NCBI RefSeq assembly: GCF_001194135.2
Contig: NC_068997.1
Coordinates: 27,295,452-27,350,078 of the forward strand
Origin: Octopus bimaculoides
Taxonomy: Eukaryota
DNA length: 54,627 nucleotides
Direction: 5' to 3'
The notes under the pieces were generated by a model. It had not been told where the DNA came from, made no database searches, and was given only the letters and a program-made list of their open reading frames with translations. The position numbers and the translations under genes are program-made. Positions 50,516 to 54,627 of the stretch are shown here, one piece after another. Within the stretch, counting starts at the first letter, position 1, and each line of letters opens with the position of its first letter.

Positions 50516-50610
50516 ATTGCCCAGATAGCTGGGTGTCCCATGGCAGATCTTGTTACCAGTTCAACTTTTTCCAGAAAATGTTTTTTGAGGATGCTGAAAT
50601 GACATGCCAG
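50516..50610 (+). CDS. Gene 2 exon: C-type lectin domain, part 1
   Basis: tcttgtttcag| acceptor; (D)CPDSWVSHGRSCYQFNFFQKMFFEDAEMTCQ, classic CP..W......CY.F......A...C; donor CAG|gtaaat; phase 1-0. Confidence 0.92.
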
Positions 50611-51463
50611 GTAAATAAAGATTTTGATGCTATTGTCTCTCTCTTTCTTCTCTTTCTGGATGTTGGGTAAAGTGAGTCTTTTATTTATACAGTAGTGGAT
50701 TCAAAATGGCTAATGAAGTTTAGGCAATTGTACACTTTCCTTGGCACAGCGTGGGGTTTGTGTCTTCGGTACTTAGTTTTCAGCCTCCCAATAACCCGAC
50801 CCTGACAGATGGAAGTAGGTGCAACCTCAAGAGTGAGATACAACTCACTTTATTGTTGTCATCGCTCTCGTGTTTGTTGCTGTTGTTCTTGACTGTCTCT
50901 TAGTCAGCTTTAACTAAGTATACTTGCAATCAAAGGCGCTTCAGTTTTGCCCATTCTATTTGTCTGCTGAATGATATCGTCCAAGATGTCTTTCTTTCTG
51001 TAAGAAGTTGAGTGTGCACGCGCGCGTTTGATTTGAGAGATTTATTTTGTATAGTATTTAGTATACCCTTATTCGTCTCTCTCTCTCTCCCTCTCTCTAA
51101 GTCTGTCTGCTTGTCTTTCTACTTTTCTAACTATACACAAATACTTACACACATGTGCGTGTGACACACACACACACATTGTCGAAAGTTTCCTTATGTA
51201 GTCACAATTGTGTTGGATTGGTTATTTCGTCAGAATTAGCGAAGAAAGAATACCCAAAGCCCTCATGTACAGCCTGCCTTGAACAGTTAAGCGACCGGTC
51301 CTCTGAAAAATAAGAAATAAGACAATAAGAAAAAATCCCCATTAGCGTTGTCTGTTTTAAAAAATGTTTTCGTCAAGTCTTCAGTGANNNNNNNNNNCAT
51401 CTGCATGTGTGTGTGTACATACGTACACAAGAATGCACTACACAGCAACAATTGTCGTTGTAG

Positions 51464-51549
51464 GCGGACGGAGCACAACTGGTCAGTATCAATGGGAGAG
51501 AAGAACATCAGTTCGTGATGAATTGGTTAAGATCAGGCGACCCCTTAAG
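51464..51549 (+). CDS. Gene 2 exon: C-type lectin domain, part 2
   Basis: ttgtcgttgtag| acceptor; ADGAQLVSINGREEHQFVMNWLRSGDPL, like GA.LVSI...EE..F; donor AG|gtgagt; phase 0-2. Confidence 0.92.
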
Positions 51550-51573
51550 GTGAGTATTATTTAAATGCAGATT

Positions 51574-51790
51574 AAGGCGGTAAGCTGGCATAGTCGTTAG
51601 CACGCTGGACGAAATGCTTAGCGATATTTCACCCGTCACTACGTTCTGGGTTCAAATTTCTCCGAGGTCGACTTTGCCTTTCATTCTTTCGGGGTCGATA
51701 AATTAAGTACCAGTGAAACACTGGGGTCGATGTAATTGACTTATTCCCTTCACTCCAAAATAACTGCTCTTGTGACAAAATTTGAAACCA
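51574..51790 (+). mobile_element. SINE family A
   Basis: Same head and core as 46778-46918. Confidence 0.85.
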
Positions 51791-53006
51791 TTATTTAAAC
51801 GCAGATATTCCGTAATATTTGAGAGGTTCATGAGTAATGAATGTGTTGCATAAGTCGAAAGTAGGCTGTCAGACTAAAATATAATATCTTAAGGCATTTA
51901 GTTAAAAATCTCTTTATGTTCTGGCGATATATTTATTAATTAAATTTNNNNNNNNNNNNNNNNNNNNNNNNNNNNNNNNNNNNNNNNNNNNNNNNNNNNN
52001 NNNNNNNNNNNNNNNNNNNNNNNNNNNNNNNNNNNNNNNNNNNNNNNNNNNNNNNNNNNNNNNNNNNNNNNNNNNNNNNNNNNNNNNNNNNNNNNNNNNN
52101 NNNNNNNNNNNNNNNNNNNNNNNNNNNNNNNNNNNNNNNNNNNNNNNNNNNNNNNNNNNNNNNNNNNNNNNNNNNNNNNNNNNNNNNNNNNNNNNNNNNN
52201 NNNNNNNNNNNNNNNNNNNNNNNNNNNNNNNNNNNNNNNNNNNNNNNNNNNNNNNNNNNNNNNNNNNNNNNNNNNNNNNNNNNNNNNNNNNNNNNNNNNN
52301 NNNNNNNNNNNNNNNNNNNNNNNNNNNNNNNNNNNNNNNNNNNNNNNNNNNNNNNNNNNNNNNNNNNNNNNNNNNNNNNNNNNNNNNNNNNNNNNNNNNN
52401 NNNNNNNNNNNNNNNNNNNNNNNNATATAGTTAAAAAAAACAATAACAAAAAAACAAAAAAACAACAAAGTGAGGACGTGATATGGATAGTATTATTGGA
52501 CGCTCAGGAAAGGAAAGAGAGAGTGTATGACGTTTCGGGCGTAGCCCTTCGTCGGAAAGATGGAAAGTTCGGAGAATGGAAGAACGGAGAAAGAGGAAAA
52601 TGGTACCGATGCCCACGAGGTTATATATATATATATATATACTTACATACATATATACATATATACATACATATCAATCAACAAAATGATTCAGTGAAAT
52701 CTGTGCAGGTAGAGTTAGTAGATCCAGTGGTAATCCGGGTGGAGTGGTGGCATGTGGATGAGGAGAGATGCTGAAATTTCGGGAAGTGGTTCAGAAATGC
52801 AAGTCCAAAATATAGGAAGTTCAATCAGGACTAAACGGGAGTAACCACGTGAGCATATAATATAGAGTAGAAGTTTATATGAAAACAGAAGACAAATACA
52901 GGTGTATGAACAACAAGCAAGTGCATTAGTTTGATGCTCGAGAAAAATGAAGATGGCTTATACGTTTCGAGCCTACGCTCTTCAACAGAAAGGAATAAGA
53001 GAAAAT

Positions 53007-53098
<92 letters not shown>

Positions 53099-53585
53099 AA
53101 ATATCTTGTAGATTTCAGCGGTCCAGCATAGCGAAGGTTTACAAAAAAAGCGTTTGAATGAAAGGGAGATAATAATAATACACACATCTTTTATTTGTTA
53201 TTCTTTTACTGCTATGTTACAGGGACGTAAACACACCATCACAGGTTGTCGGCCTGAGGCTGCAGGAGAAGGTACTTGCTCATGGTGCCATGCAGTAGGA
53301 TGGAACCTGAACCATGTGGTTGGAGAGCAAGCTTTTTACCACATAGCCACGCTTGTATATACATATACAAATCGAGTTCACAACTATGCTTTGTATCTGA
53401 ATGCATATATACATGCACCCACACACACACATGTGTGTGTGAGTGTGTATGTGCAAGTATCTGTGTGTATATATGTATACTTACAAGTATAAACACGTAT
53501 ATACATATAGACACTCATACGCACGAATACGCGCGTACACACACACACGCGCACACAAACACACACACGCACGCACACACACACA

Positions 53586-53630
<45 letters not shown>

Positions 53631-54627
53631 GTGTGTGCATGCATAAAAAGGCACTGGTTTTGTGCAATCGTTTACTTGCATATTACAATAGAATTCACAG
53701 CAGACGACAAAAATTGCTTGTCACAATGTCACATGTTTTGTTCTTTTTACATATTTAGCAGCAGCTTTGTAAATGTTAAATTGTCTGATGTTTGTTCAAG
53801 GGGTGAAACTGTCACCACCAGATAGACTGTGTGTTACTCTAAGCATGTAGATATATGAAGACGTTTGCCATTTTGTTTGCTCTACGTGGATGTACCTAGT
53901 ACCTTCACTGATATTATAGTCAACATGTATGCGGCAGCTATTATACTTTTGTCGATAAAAACTGGACTGTGAAGCAGATGGGGGGAATGAGTGTAGAATA
54001 CATCTGTGTCGCAGATAAGATTAGCTAAGTATATATACATGAATGTATCTCTCTCTCTATATATAAATATATGCATACACACCTATATACTTCACGTACA
54101 TACGTAGGTACATATGTGTATAAAGAGATACGTGCATATTTAAATAGGTACATACATATATAGAGATATAAATACATACATAATAATACATACATACAAA
54201 CATACATAAATATATACATGTATATACATACGTACAACGCTATATTCATGAATTTATATATAACCTCAAATATAAATGCATATATACTCATCTATACCAA
54301 TAATTATTTGCGCATTTCGCTATGTAGGCCAAAGTATATATATGTTCATCTATATATATATATTTATACATATATTTATACATATATATATACATTCTTT
54401 TATTCTTTTACACATTTCAGTCGACGAAATCGATCTCAGAACATATTCCTTGTCAGCTTAGTACTTACTGCTATGTTTCCCTCGGACTGACTCGCAGAGA
54501 TAACATAACGAGTTATACAATTTAATTATTACATTTATTGTTCAATTACATACAAAGAACGCACTCACCCAATGTTCGTTATGAATAAACAAAAGTCATG
54601 TCCGCCATATATATATCAATGACATTT

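Overview
AT-rich eukaryotic scaffold segment, dense in microsatellites, with 17 N-gaps totalling about 6.9 kb. The repeat content (several tRNA-derived SINE families, Dong/R4, Penelope, Tx1, gypsy and Tc1/mariner remnants, long CA/TA/CATA tracts) looks like a coleoid cephalopod, probably Octopus; this is an inference, not a database match. Most supplied long ORFs are microsatellite or gap artefacts. Reading splice sites by hand gives two spliced genes arranged head-to-head. Gene 1 (minus strand; ATG at 34627, last recognisable exon at 1488, probably continuing off the left edge) encodes a secreted mosaic protein: signal peptide - GON domain (exons 1-5) - EGF - resistin-like Cys module - [Thr-rich stretch?] - EGF - partial EGF/half FN2 - LamG-like domain - further Cys sequence. 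Exon phases are compatible at every junction except one (15775 to 12901); a LamG C-terminal exon is also missing and probably lies in a gap. An intact WSC-domain exon (20453-20582) sits in the intron that splits the GON domain and cannot be spliced alone, which suggests a WSC cassette inserted into a GON loop or an assembly scramble. Gene 2 (plus strand; probable ATG at 44139, exons 50516-50610 and 51464-51549) starts with a C-type lectin domain reminiscent of invertebrate contactin and runs off the right edge. Introns also hold a Penelope-type minimal hammerhead ribozyme, a 66-bp perfect palindrome, a SINE-head minisatellite, inverted SINE pairs and a foldback MITE. All domain calls come from motif recognition by eye; no searches were run.
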